The position numbers were made by a program, and so were the translations under genes. A stretch of DNA of 64,000 bases from an uncultured Gemmatimonadales bacterium (lineage in GTDB: Bacteria; Gemmatimonadota; Gemmatimonadetes; Gemmatimonadales; GWC2-71-9). Below, piece by piece: positions 45,582 to 54,956 of this stretch. Below the pieces are notes generated by a model that saw nothing but the letters and a program-made list of their open reading frames with translations, was not told the DNA's origin and did not search any database. The stretch is from NCBI GenBank assembly GCA_963825055.1, contig CAWGSK010000002.1, forward strand, positions 136,455 through 200,454, in the 5' to 3' direction. The first letter of the stretch is position 1. Each line of letters begins with the position of its first letter.

Positions 45582-46885
45582 GGCGGTTCGCCCTCGGCAG
45601 CCTGGCGCTCCTCTGCCTCGCTACGGCCCCCGCCCGCGCCCAGGACAGCGGTAGCGCGCCCGGTGTCCGTCTCGGCATTACCTACAATCCCGGCATGCGT
45701 CCACGGATCGTGATCCTGCCGGGTTCCGGCCTCGATTCGGCACAGGCCATTCTCCAGCGCGACCTGGATTACAGCGACCGGTTCGAGGTCGTGGTGATCC
45801 CACCCGGGGAAATTGCCCGTGGCCGGGGCTCCGATGGCACCATCGACTACCGGCTGTACCGGACGCTCGGCGCGAATTACGGGGTGGAAGTCTCCCCGGC
45901 CTCGGTCGGCGTCACGGTGCGGCTGTACGACCTCGTCGGCGGCCGGGTGGCGCGGGAGCAGGTGTTCGCCCTGGGCGACGCGGCCGGTGAGGGGGACCGG
46001 ATGCAGGTGCACCGGATCAGTGACGAGGTCGTTCGCTGGATCACGGGGCTGCCCGGGATCGCCTCGAGCCGGCTGCTGATGGTGGTGGGCCGGCAGATCT
46101 TCCGGATCGACAGCGACGGGGCAGCGCTGACGGCGGTGACCTCCGCCAGCGAGAAGGCCCTGTCGCCGGCGTGGGCGCCGGATGGCCACCGTTTCGCCTG
46201 GACCCGTTTCGACGAGGGCCAGGGCAGCATCGTCATTCAGGACCTGGCGACCGGGAGGCGCCAGACTGTGGCCGGGACAGGTCGGTTTCTTAACATCACG
46301 CCGGCGTTTTCCCCGGACGGCGCCACCCTGGCCTGGGCCCGGGCGGACGAGGAGGGGACCGACATCTACCGGGCCGATGTGGCGCGGAACTGCTGCGCCA
46401 GCCGGCTCACGGTCGGCCGCTTCGCCGACAATCTCTCCCCGTCCTTCTCGCCCGACGGCCGGCGGATCGCCTTCATCTCCACCCGGTCGGGGCTGCCCCA
46501 GGTGTACGTCATGGATGCCGACGGCACCGACCAGGAGCTGTTTGCGCCGTTCGATTACGGCGTGACAGGCAGTTCCAACGCCCCGGACTGGTCTCCGGAC
46601 GGCGCCAGTGTCACATTTCACCGGGACGTGGACCGGGCACCGCAGGTCTTCGTCCTCGATGTCAACAGCCGCCGGGTGCGGCAGTTGACCTCATCTGGCC
46701 GCAATGAGGACCCCACCTGGGCTCCGGACGGGCGCCATATCGCCTTCGTCTCGAACCGTAGTGGGAGGCAGCAGCTCTGGATCATTGACGTTGAGTCGGG
46801 CAGGATCCGCGCCTTGCCGACGCCGGGTGGTACCCGGCTCCCGGCGTGGTCCCGCCGGCTCGCGGAGTTCACGAACAACCCCTGA
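45578..46885 (+). CDS. tolB: TolB beta-propeller protein
   Basis: Signal peptide and PD40 repeats (PAWAPDG, PAFSPDG, PDWSPDG). Confidence 0.9.
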   Translation: MRRFALGSLALLCLATAPARAQDSGSAPGVRLGITYNPGMRPRIVILPGSGLDSAQAILQRDLDYSDRFEVVVIPPGEIARGRGSDGTIDYRLYRTLGANYGVEVSPASVGVTVRLYDLVGGRVAREQVFALGDAAGEGDRMQVHRISDEVVRWITGLPGIASSRLLMVVGRQIFRIDSDGAALTAVTSASEKALSPAWAPDGHRFAWTRFDEGQGSIVIQDLATGRRQTVAGTGRFLNITPAFSPDGATLAWARADEEGTDIYRADVARNCCASRLTVGRFADNLSPSFSPDGRRIAFISTRSGLPQVYVMDADGTDQELFAPFDYGVTGSSNAPDWSPDGASVTFHRDVDRAPQVFVLDVNSRRVRQLTSSGRNEDPTWAPDGRHIAFVSNRSGRQQLWIIDVESGRIRALPTPGGTRLPAWSRRLAEFTNNP

Positions 46886-46896
46886 GGAGGAAGCAC

Positions 46897-47499
46897 ATGC
46901 GCATGCGTTCCCTGCTGGTTCTGCTGGCCGCTGCCACGATCTCGACGGCGTGCGGCAGCAATCCGCCGCCCGAAGAGCCCACGCCCGCGATCGACAGCAC
47001 CGCGATCAAGGCACGGATGCGTCAGGATTCCATCGACGCCGCAAACCGGGCCGCCCGTGAGCAGGCCGCGCGCGATTCGGCCGCCCGGGCCCGTGCCGCC
47101 GCCGAGGCGGCGGAGCGTGCACGCATGGCGCTCATGAACGAAATGTCCGCGATGATCCACTTCGACTTCGACAAGTCGGACATCAAGTCGGATGACATGG
47201 CCAACCTCGACCGCAAGGCCGCCATCCTGATGGCGAATACGGGCGTTACCCTCCGCATCTCGGGTCATGCCGACGAGCGGGGCTCGGACGAATACAACCT
47301 GGCGCTGGGCAACCGCCGTGCGAATTCGGCCAAGCGGTACCTGGTCAACAAGGGCGTCCCCGAGGGGCGGATCACCACGGTGAGCTTCGGTGAGGAGCGC
47401 CCGGTCGCCATGGGCAGCACCGAGGACGCCTGGGCCCAGAACCGGCGGGACGAGTTCGAGATCACGGGCGGCGGCAACTCGCTCGTGGCGCCGAAGTAG
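46897..47499 (+). CDS. pal: Peptidoglycan-associated lipoprotein Pal
   Basis: Lipobox STAC, HFDFDKS, GHADERGSDEYNLALG and NRR. Confidence 0.95.
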   Translation: MRMRSLLVLLAAATISTACGSNPPPEEPTPAIDSTAIKARMRQDSIDAANRAAREQAARDSAARARAAAEAAERARMALMNEMSAMIHFDFDKSDIKSDDMANLDRKAAILMANTGVTLRISGHADERGSDEYNLALGNRRANSAKRYLVNKGVPEGRITTVSFGEERPVAMGSTEDAWAQNRRDEFEITGGGNSLVAPK

Positions 47500-47503
47500 T
47501 CCT

Positions 47504-48289
47504 GTGCTTCGCATGCTCAAGGCCACCCCGCTCGCCGGGGTGGCCCTGTGCATCGCCCTCGGGGGCTGCGCCCTCAAGAGCGATGTGAAGCGGGTCGAGA
47601 CGGAGGTCGTACTGCTCCGCCAGGAGACGGCCCGCCGCGATTCCGTGCGCGCTGCTCGGCTGACCGAGATCATCACGCTGCAGCAGGAGCTGATGGACTC
47701 CCTCGGCACCGCCGTCACCCAGACCCAGCGGACGGTCCGGGCCATGCAGGGCAGCGTGTCGAACGACCTCTACAACGTGCAGCAGCAGCTGGTGCAGCTC
47801 CAGGAACTGAGCGGCCAGAGCCAGCAGCGCCTGAGTGAACTGCGGGCCCAGGTGGAAGCCCGGGGCCAGGAGGTTGCCCGGGACACCGCTGCGGCCGCAG
47901 CCGGTCCGGCGCCTGCCTCGGCCGAGCAGATGTACCAGGCCTCCCTCCAGCAGTTGCGCCGGGGCAGCCTGACCACCGCGCGGCTGGGCTTCCGGCAGCT
48001 GGTGCAGGCGTATCCCACGAGTCCACGAGTGCCCGACGCCCTGTATTTCATCGGCGAGAGCTTCTCGTCCGACCAGCCCGATTCCGCCGTGGTGTACTAC
48101 CAGAACATCATCGGCAGCCACCCGGGGTCCGCGCGCGTGGCGCCGTCCCTGTACAAGCTCGGACTGCTGGCGGAGCAGCGTGGCGACGCCGCCCAGGCCC
48201 GGACCTACTACCAGCGCGTGGTCTCGGAGTTCCCCCGGTCCGACGAAGCGGCCCTCGCGCGCGACAAGCTGAGAGCGTCCGGGCAGTAG
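47504..48289 (+). CDS. cpoB: Tol-pal system protein CpoB/YbgF (lipoprotein)
   Basis: LGGC lipobox, coiled coil, and TPRs (YPTSPRVPDALY, SLYKLG). Follows pal. Confidence 0.82.
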   Translation: MLRMLKATPLAGVALCIALGGCALKSDVKRVETEVVLLRQETARRDSVRAARLTEIITLQQELMDSLGTAVTQTQRTVRAMQGSVSNDLYNVQQQLVQLQELSGQSQQRLSELRAQVEARGQEVARDTAAAAAGPAPASAEQMYQASLQQLRRGSLTTARLGFRQLVQAYPTSPRVPDALYFIGESFSSDQPDSAVVYYQNIIGSHPGSARVAPSLYKLGLLAEQRGDAAQARTYYQRVVSEFPRSDEAALARDKLRASGQ

Positions 48290-48307
48290 CCCCAGGCGCC
48301 GCTGGTT

Positions 48308-51300
48308 ATGGCCACACCCGGCGGGGAGATGCCGTTCCTCGATCATCTCGAGGAATTGCGCTCGCGAATTCTCAAGGCGCTGGGCGCCATTGTCCTGGCC
48401 TTCATTGCCGGGTTCTGGATCGTCCAGCGCTTCAACGTCGTTTCCCTCCTCAAGGAACCGATCTCCCCGTACCTCGCCGGCGGGAAGCTCGCGGTCCTGA
48501 GCCCGACCGAACCCGTGATGATCGTCTTCAAGCTCGGGTTCCTGGTCGGGCTCGTGCTCGCGTCGCCAATCATCATCTGGCAGCTGTGGGCCTTCCTGGC
48601 CCCTGCGCTCTATCAGAAGGAAAAGCGGGCGATCGTCCCGGCCCTCTTCGTCGGGTTCGTCCTGTTCCTGATCGGCGCGGCTGCCGGGTATTTCGGGGTG
48701 GTGCCGCAGGCACTCCGGGTGCTGTTCAGCTTCCAGAGCGAGGCGCTGACCCCCGTCATCACGTATGACGCCTACTTCAGCTTCATCCTGCAGGTCGTGC
48801 TGGCCCTCGGCATCAGCTTCGAGCTGCCGCTGGTGATCATCGTCCTCGCCTCGCTCGGGGTGGTGGACCCGCCGATGCTGAACCGGTTCCGGCGGTTCGC
48901 CCTGGTGCTGGCGTGTATCGCGGGCGCTGTGCTCTCGCCCGGGGCGGATGTCCTGTCGATGATCATGATGACGATCCCGCTGATTTTCCTGTATGAGGTT
49001 GGCTTCTTCGGGACCGTGCTCATCTACCGGCGCCGGCGCCGGGCGGATCGCGGGGCGGGCCGGACGGCGGCCATCATCCTGCTGCTGCTCTTCCTGGGCG
49101 GGGGATCGGCGGTGGCCCAGGTGCCCGGCAAGCTGCTGAAGCCGCCGCCCGGGAAGCTGCAGGATACCACCGCGGTGCGCGATACGTCGCGCGTGCCTCC
49201 CGCGGTGCTCGATTCCGCCCAGGCCGAGCGCCTGGGCCTGCCCACCGCCCCGACCCGCCCGTTCCCCGAACCCGATTCCATCATGGCCGCCCTCCTGGCA
49301 CGGCCCGGTTACCAGGTCATCCGGTTCCAGGCCGACACGGCGACGCTGTATGCGGAGGAGAAACGGATCGTGCTGGAGGGACGGGCGGCCACCGAGCGCC
49401 GGGGAAGCGTCCTTGAAGCGGATCATATCCTCTACGACGACACCGCGTGCCTGCTCCAGGCCAGCGGCGGCCTCCGGCTCTTCGACGGGGGCACCGTGAT
49501 GGTGGGGGACTCGATCCGGTACAACAGCTGCCGGAAGCGCAGCGTGGTGGCTGACGCGCTGACCAACTTCGCCGAGGGGCAGACCGTGTGGTTTCTGCGC
49601 GGCAACATCGCGCAGGATTCGAGCGCCAGCCGGATCTACGCCAGTTCGGGCGACTTCACCAGCTGCGACCTCCCCGTGCCGCACTACCACTTCTCCGCGG
49701 GTGAGGTGAAGTGGATCAGCAAGAACATGATCGTCGCCAGGCCCGCCGTCCTCTACGTGCGGGACGTCCCGATCCTCTGGCTGCCCTTCGTCTTCCAGGA
49801 CACCCGCCCCGGCCGCCGCTCGGGCATCCTGATCCCGCAGTTCGGGATCAACGACATCGTCCGGCCCGATCCGGGCTACAACCGGCAGGTCACGAACCTC
49901 GGCTACTACTGGGCCCCCAGCGAGTACTTCGACCTCACCGCGCGGCTCGACTGGTATGCCAACCGGTACGTGCAGTTCGGGCTCGCGGGGCAGTACCGCA
50001 TCCTGGACCGGTTCCTGAGTGGAAATATCAACGTGAACCGCCAGCAGGAGAACACTGGCTCGCGGGCCACCTCGATCCGCTGGGACCACCGCCAGAACTT
50101 CAACCTGACCACCACGCTGAACTTCAATGTCAATTACGTCACCAACACTTCGATCGTGCAGCGCAATGCCATCGACCCGGTGCTGTCCACCCAGCAGATC
50201 ACGAGCTCGCTCAACTTCACGAAGCGCTTCGGCTGGGGAGCGGTCACCCTGGGTGGCAACCGGCGGCAGAACCTGAGCGACAAGAGCGCGACCACCCAGT
50301 TCCCGGCACTGACGATCTCGCCCAAGCCGCTCGACCTCGGGCGGAACATCACGTGGTCGCCCGGGCTGAGCCTGACCAACGACCTGACGACCGGCACGGC
50401 CCTGCCGGGCCTGGTGACGCTGAACGCGGCGGGACTGCCCGACACGTTCGCGCAGACCAGCGACGCCCGCACCACGGCGTTCAACCTGGATACGCCGCTC
50501 CGGATCGGCAGCTTCAGCTGGCGGAACTCCATCAGCGTGATCGACCGGAAGGTGACGGGCCGGCAGGTGGTCACTTTCCAGGAGGACAACCCCGTCACCG
50601 CGGATCCGACAGATTCGGTGACCGTGAGCCAGGTCTATCCCGGGGACTTCTCCACCGGGATCGACTGGAACACCGGTATCAACCTGCCGACCCTCTTCCG
50701 CGGATCCTGGAAGATTCAGCCCGTCGTCGGAATCGCGAACGCCACGACCGCCGGCCCGTTTGCCCTCCGGAACCGGAACACCAACGGCAACTATGTCCTG
50801 CAGGGGAAGCGGTTTTCCCTCACCCTGGGGGCGACACCGACCTTCTTCGGGTTCCTGAACGGCCTCGGGCCACTGAGCCGGGTCCGGCACAGCATCTCCC
50901 CGGTCCTGTCCTTCACCTACAGCCCCGAGGCCAGCGTCCCGCTGGACTACGCGGAAGCGCTCGCCGGCCCGGGTCGCACACCCGTGCTCACGAGCGCGGC
51001 GCGGAAGTCGCTCAGCATGAGCCTCAACCAGAACCTGGAGGCGAAGACCCGTCGCGCGCCCGGCGATACCTCCGACGCCGGCGTGCGGAAGTTCCGGATC
51101 TTCAGCATTGCCACCAGCGCGATCGCGTATGACTTCGAGCAGGCCTCGCAGCCGGGCCGGACCGGGTGGACCACCCAGACCGTCACGAATTCCTTCCAGA
51201 GCGACCTGCTGCGGGGGTTCAACCTGAGCCTGACGCACGACCTCTGGCGCGGGACGGTGGGCACCGATACCGCCGACTTCAAGCCCTTTCTCCAGAGCAT

Positions 51301-51811
51301 GAACGCCAGCTTCGCGCTGAGCGGCAGCACGTTCCGGTCCATCCTCTCGCTGGTGGGCCTCGCCGGGGCCGCGCCCGACACGGGCCGGCGCGCGGCGGAG
51401 CCCGCAGTGCCGACGTCGTACGTCGCCGACGTTGGCCGGCGGCGCTCCGGCTCCTTCTACAGCTCCGAACAGATTCCCGGCGCCCGGGGCCGGGGCTTCA
51501 CCGCCAACGTCAACTACTCCCTGAGCCGGGTGCGCGGCGACACGACTCGACCCGCGCAACAGAACCTCGGGTTCAGTACGGCCTTCTCGCCGACCCCGCT
51601 CTGGTCGCTCTCCTGGTCGGCACAGTACAACGTGACCGACTCAAAGTTCGAGTCCCAGGTCATCCGGCTCGAACGCGACCTGCACGAATGGCGCGCCAGC
51701 TTCAACTTCGTGCGGAATGCCAACGGCAACGTCGCATTCTTCTTCAGCATCTACCTGACCGACCTGCCGGACCTGAAATTCGACTACGACCAGACGACCA
51801 TCAAGCGGTGA
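48308..51811 (+). CDS. tatC: TatC - LptD-like outer-membrane beta-barrel fusion (1167 aa)
   Basis: aa 1-240: MPFLDHLEELR, WAFLAPAL, FELP and LYEVG (TatC). aa 241-270: signal-peptide-like segment. Remainder: FTSCDLPVPHYHF, RRSGILIP and amphipathic beta-strands ending RDLHEW (LptD-like). Confidence 0.85.
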   Translation: MATPGGEMPFLDHLEELRSRILKALGAIVLAFIAGFWIVQRFNVVSLLKEPISPYLAGGKLAVLSPTEPVMIVFKLGFLVGLVLASPIIIWQLWAFLAPALYQKEKRAIVPALFVGFVLFLIGAAAGYFGVVPQALRVLFSFQSEALTPVITYDAYFSFILQVVLALGISFELPLVIIVLASLGVVDPPMLNRFRRFALVLACIAGAVLSPGADVLSMIMMTIPLIFLYEVGFFGTVLIYRRRRRADRGAGRTAAIILLLLFLGGGSAVAQVPGKLLKPPPGKLQDTTAVRDTSRVPPAVLDSAQAERLGLPTAPTRPFPEPDSIMAALLARPGYQVIRFQADTATLYAEEKRIVLEGRAATERRGSVLEADHILYDDTACLLQASGGLRLFDGGTVMVGDSIRYNSCRKRSVVADALTNFAEGQTVWFLRGNIAQDSSASRIYASSGDFTSCDLPVPHYHFSAGEVKWISKNMIVARPAVLYVRDVPILWLPFVFQDTRPGRRSGILIPQFGINDIVRPDPGYNRQVTNLGYYWAPSEYFDLTARLDWYANRYVQFGLAGQYRILDRFLSGNINVNRQQENTGSRATSIRWDHRQNFNLTTTLNFNVNYVTNTSIVQRNAIDPVLSTQQITSSLNFTKRFGWGAVTLGGNRRQNLSDKSATTQFPALTISPKPLDLGRNITWSPGLSLTNDLTTGTALPGLVTLNAAGLPDTFAQTSDARTTAFNLDTPLRIGSFSWRNSISVIDRKVTGRQVVTFQEDNPVTADPTDSVTVSQVYPGDFSTGIDWNTGINLPTLFRGSWKIQPVVGIANATTAGPFALRNRNTNGNYVLQGKRFSLTLGATPTFFGFLNGLGPLSRVRHSISPVLSFTYSPEASVPLDYAEALAGPGRTPVLTSAARKSLSMSLNQNLEAKTRRAPGDTSDAGVRKFRIFSIATSAIAYDFEQASQPGRTGWTTQTVTNSFQSDLLRGFNLSLTHDLWRGTVGTDTADFKPFLQSMNASFALSGSTFRSILSLVGLAGAAPDTGRRAAEPAVPTSYVADVGRRRSGSFYSSEQIPGARGRGFTANVNYSLSRVRGDTTRPAQQNLGFSTAFSPTPLWSLSWSAQYNVTDSKFESQVIRLERDLHEWRASFNFVRNANGNVAFFFSIYLTDLPDLKFDYDQTTIKR

Positions 51812-51830
51812 GGGGACAGGGAGTGGGTTT

Positions 51831-51865
51831 CGGGTATCGGGTATCGGGTATCGGGGATCGGGTCT
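51831..51865. repeat. 7-bp tandem repeat (CGGGTAT) x5, degenerate
   Basis: CGGGTAT x3, CGGGGAT, CGGGTCT. Confidence 0.9.
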
Positions 51866-51884
51866 CATTGGTCCGTTACCTTTG

Positions 51885-51932
51885 GTCCGCCCGTCCGCCC
51901 GTCCGCCCGTCCGCCCGTCCGCCCGTCCGCCC
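51885..51932. repeat. 8-bp tandem repeat (GTCCGCCC) x6
   Basis: Six perfect copies. Confidence 0.95.
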
Positions 51933-52064
51933 GGTCCTGTCCCCCGTACGGGACACCCTTCCTTGCCCACAAAGCCTAACCGGTTGTGGCACAATGCATT
52001 TCACCGTCGTGCCTGCTGGCACGCACCATGCTTTCCCTGCAGGCATCCCCTACCGGAGACACCA

Positions 52065-53192
52065 ATGAGATCGCGCTGGTTGCTGCTGCTCGCCCCCTTT
52101 GCCGCCTTCGCCTGCACCAACGACGTGCTGGTGGACAACTCTCCTCCCGCGCCCACCGGCCTGATCTACGAGGTCGAGCCGAGCGGAACGCCGGGCAGTC
52201 CTTCGGGACTCCTGTTGACGTGGGATGACGTGTCGGACCCGACGATCAAGGTCTGGCACGTGTACTCGCGGGGGGCGATCGGTGACACCTGGCTGCTGCG
52301 GGGCAGCACCACCTCCAGCAGCTTCCACGATGCCGGCGTTCCGCACCTGCAGTACTACGTAACGGCGGAAGACGATGCCGGCATCGAGAGCGCGCCGAGC
52401 AGCACCGTCACCGTGGACGAACGGCTGGCGCTGAGCCGTCCCACCACGATGTCGACGACATCGCTGGACGGGGCTATCGCGCTGACCTGGTCCGACAACC
52501 CCTTCACCGAGAGTCCCGGCGGCTTCAAGATCTACCGGGTCTACAGTGCCTCGTACGACCTGGACGCGGGACTGTGCGGGGTGAACTGGTCGCTGGAAGG
52601 CACCAGCGTGGCACCTGAGTTCATCGCAGCCAGCCTGACCAACGGCGTCCCGCGCTGCTTCGCAGTCTCCGCGATCAGCATCGAGGGCTTCGAGAGTCTC
52701 TGGTCGCCGATCCGCTCGGATACGCCGCGGCCCGACGCCCGTAACGTGGTGCTCTATGCACGGCAGTTCTCCGACGCGGGCAGCGGATTCCGCTTCTGGC
52801 GCGACCAGGATGGCGACGGGTTTGCCGATGCCTCCGAGATCGGGCTTGTCGAGAGCGGATCGCGGACCGATATCGATTTCTCGGTCGAGCGCGATGTGGC
52901 CGGAGACCTGTACCTGACGCCGGTGCGCGCCGGGACGGGGGTAAATGGCTACGGGACGGTGCCGGTTGCCGACCTGACCAGCATCGACTTCGCGCCGGAT
53001 TCCACGTATCTCACCTCTGCGATCCAGGCGGTACCGGGATTCGGCTACGTGTTCGAAATGGACGGCGGCGACGGGTTCGCACGCTACGGCGCTGTGCGGG
53101 TAACCCACGTCGGGCAGGATTTCCTGATCCTCGACTGGGCGTACCAGACCGACCCGGGGAATCCCGAGCTCGTCATCATCTCCGGCAACTGA
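52065..53192 (+). CDS. Hypothetical lipoprotein with fibronectin type III-like domains
   Basis: GGAGA RBS, lipobox FAAFAC, PPAPTGL...LTW...YYVTA..GIES repeats, and a DQDGDG Ca-binding-like motif. Confidence 0.75.
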   Translation: MRSRWLLLLAPFAAFACTNDVLVDNSPPAPTGLIYEVEPSGTPGSPSGLLLTWDDVSDPTIKVWHVYSRGAIGDTWLLRGSTTSSSFHDAGVPHLQYYVTAEDDAGIESAPSSTVTVDERLALSRPTTMSTTSLDGAIALTWSDNPFTESPGGFKIYRVYSASYDLDAGLCGVNWSLEGTSVAPEFIAASLTNGVPRCFAVSAISIEGFESLWSPIRSDTPRPDARNVVLYARQFSDAGSGFRFWRDQDGDGFADASEIGLVESGSRTDIDFSVERDVAGDLYLTPVRAGTGVNGYGTVPVADLTSIDFAPDSTYLTSAIQAVPGFGYVFEMDGGDGFARYGAVRVTHVGQDFLILDWAYQTDPGNPELVIISGN

Positions 53193-53284
53193 GGGATCCG
53201 GCCTGACGGGGCGCGGCGCTCGCGTCCCGTCCGGCCACCCGGCGGGCCTTGTGCCCTCCTCCGGGGGGGCGCATGTTCCCCGCC

Positions 53285-54847
53285 ATGACTGCACCCCTCC
53301 GCCTCACCGGCTCCACGCTGACCGTGCAGGACACCGTCGACGTCGCGCGCAACCCGGCGCGGCGGGTCGTCCTGGACAATCATGCACGATCGACCCTGGC
53401 TGACAGCCGCGCGATGGTGGACCAGGCCATCGCCTCCGGCCAGACCATCTACGGGATCAACACGGGCTTCGGGAAACTGGCGAACATCCGCGTCCCGGCC
53501 GACCAGCTGGTGGCGCTGCAGGCCAACCTCATCCGGAGCCATGCCGCCGGCGTGGGCGCCGCGCTTCCGCGGGACGTCGTCCGCGCCGCCATGCTGCTCC
53601 GGGCCAACGTGCTGCTGCGGCCCACGTCGGGCGTCCGGCCCGCGCTGGTCGAGTCGCTGGTGGACCTGCTGAACGCGGATATCGTCCCGATGGTGCCGGA
53701 GCAGGGGAGTGTGGGTGCGAGCGGCGACCTCGCGCCGCTGGCGCACGTGGCGCAGGTCCTGATGGGCGAAGGGCACGTGCTCAGGCCCGACGGTACGGCC
53801 GGTCCGGCAGTGGGCGCGCTGGAGGAGGCTGGCCTGGCCCCGTTCGCCTTCGGCCCCAAGGAAGGCATCTCCTTCATCAACGGGACCCAGGCCCAGACTG
53901 CCCTGCTGGCGCTGCTGGTCCACGACGCCTGGATCTGCTGGCGAAGCGCGGTCGGGGCCGCGGCGATGAGTCTGGAAGCCCTCCGGGGCACGCCGGTCCC
54001 CCTCGACCCGCGAATTCACGAGGCCCGGCCACACCGCGGCCAGCGGCTCTGCGCCGCCCTCATGCGCGTGCTGCTGGACCAGAGCCAGATCCGGGAGTCG
54101 CACCGGGAGAACGACCCCCGCGTGCAGGACGCCTACAGCCTCCGGTGCACGCCACAGGTGCTCGGGGCGGTGGCCGATGCGATCGAGTTCGCCGAGGATA
54201 CCGTGGTGGTGGAGCTCAACGCCTCCACCGACAACCCGCTTGTGTTCGCCAACGGCGACGTGCTTTCAGGTGGCAACTTCCACGGCCAGCCGGTGGCCCA
54301 GGCCCTCGACTTCCTCGCCATTGCGCTGACCACGCTCCAGGCCATCGCCGAGCGGCGGATCGAGAGGCTGGTCAATCCCGACCTGTCCCAGGGGCTGCCG
54401 GCCTTCCTGACGGCCGATCCCGGCCTCTGCAGCGGGTTCATGATGGTCCAGATCACGGCTGCCTCCCTCGTGGCGGAGTCCCGGACCCTCGCCAGCCCGG
54501 CCAGCATCGGCTCCATCCCGACGGATGCCAACCAGGAAGATTTCGTGCCCATGGGCATGGGGGCGGCCTGGAAGACCCGGCGCATCCTGGCCAATGCGGT
54601 GCGGGTGATCGGTGCGGAGTTCCTGTGCGGAGCCCAGGGCCTCGACCTCCTCCGGCCGCTTGCCCCGGGACGGGGCGTGGGCGCATTACACCGGGTCATC
54701 CGCGAGGGCCCGGAGCCGGTGGCGGCCCTGGCGGACGACCGCTCACCCTCCCCCGACCTCGAACGCCTGGCCCGCCTCGTCGCGCGGGGGGCGCTCGACC
54801 CCCACGAATGGCTCCCATCCGGCCCGCCGGGGTCGCCCCATCCCTGA
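53285..54847 (+). CDS. hutH: Histidine ammonia-lyase
   Basis: YGINTGFG, GSVGASGDLAPL (MIO tripeptide), QDAYSLRC, GGNFHG and NQED. Confidence 0.93.
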   Translation: MTAPLRLTGSTLTVQDTVDVARNPARRVVLDNHARSTLADSRAMVDQAIASGQTIYGINTGFGKLANIRVPADQLVALQANLIRSHAAGVGAALPRDVVRAAMLLRANVLLRPTSGVRPALVESLVDLLNADIVPMVPEQGSVGASGDLAPLAHVAQVLMGEGHVLRPDGTAGPAVGALEEAGLAPFAFGPKEGISFINGTQAQTALLALLVHDAWICWRSAVGAAAMSLEALRGTPVPLDPRIHEARPHRGQRLCAALMRVLLDQSQIRESHRENDPRVQDAYSLRCTPQVLGAVADAIEFAEDTVVVELNASTDNPLVFANGDVLSGGNFHGQPVAQALDFLAIALTTLQAIAERRIERLVNPDLSQGLPAFLTADPGLCSGFMMVQITAASLVAESRTLASPASIGSIPTDANQEDFVPMGMGAAWKTRRILANAVRVIGAEFLCGAQGLDLLRPLAPGRGVGALHRVIREGPEPVAALADDRSPSPDLERLARLVARGALDPHEWLPSGPPGSPHP

Positions 54848-54956
54848 CTGCGGTCAACCGGCGGCAGGAGGCGGACTTGGCTTGTGTGCCCCCTGAGCCG
54901 CCGGTATGTTTCGGATGCTCCGTCCCATCGCCCATTCCCCATAGCACCCGAGCCGG

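Noticed and set aside
47462..51559. 1365-aa minus-strand ORF
   Set aside because: Antisense shadow of cpoB and tatC-lptD. High GC3 codon bias removes stops on the opposite strand, and the translation has no recognisable motifs.
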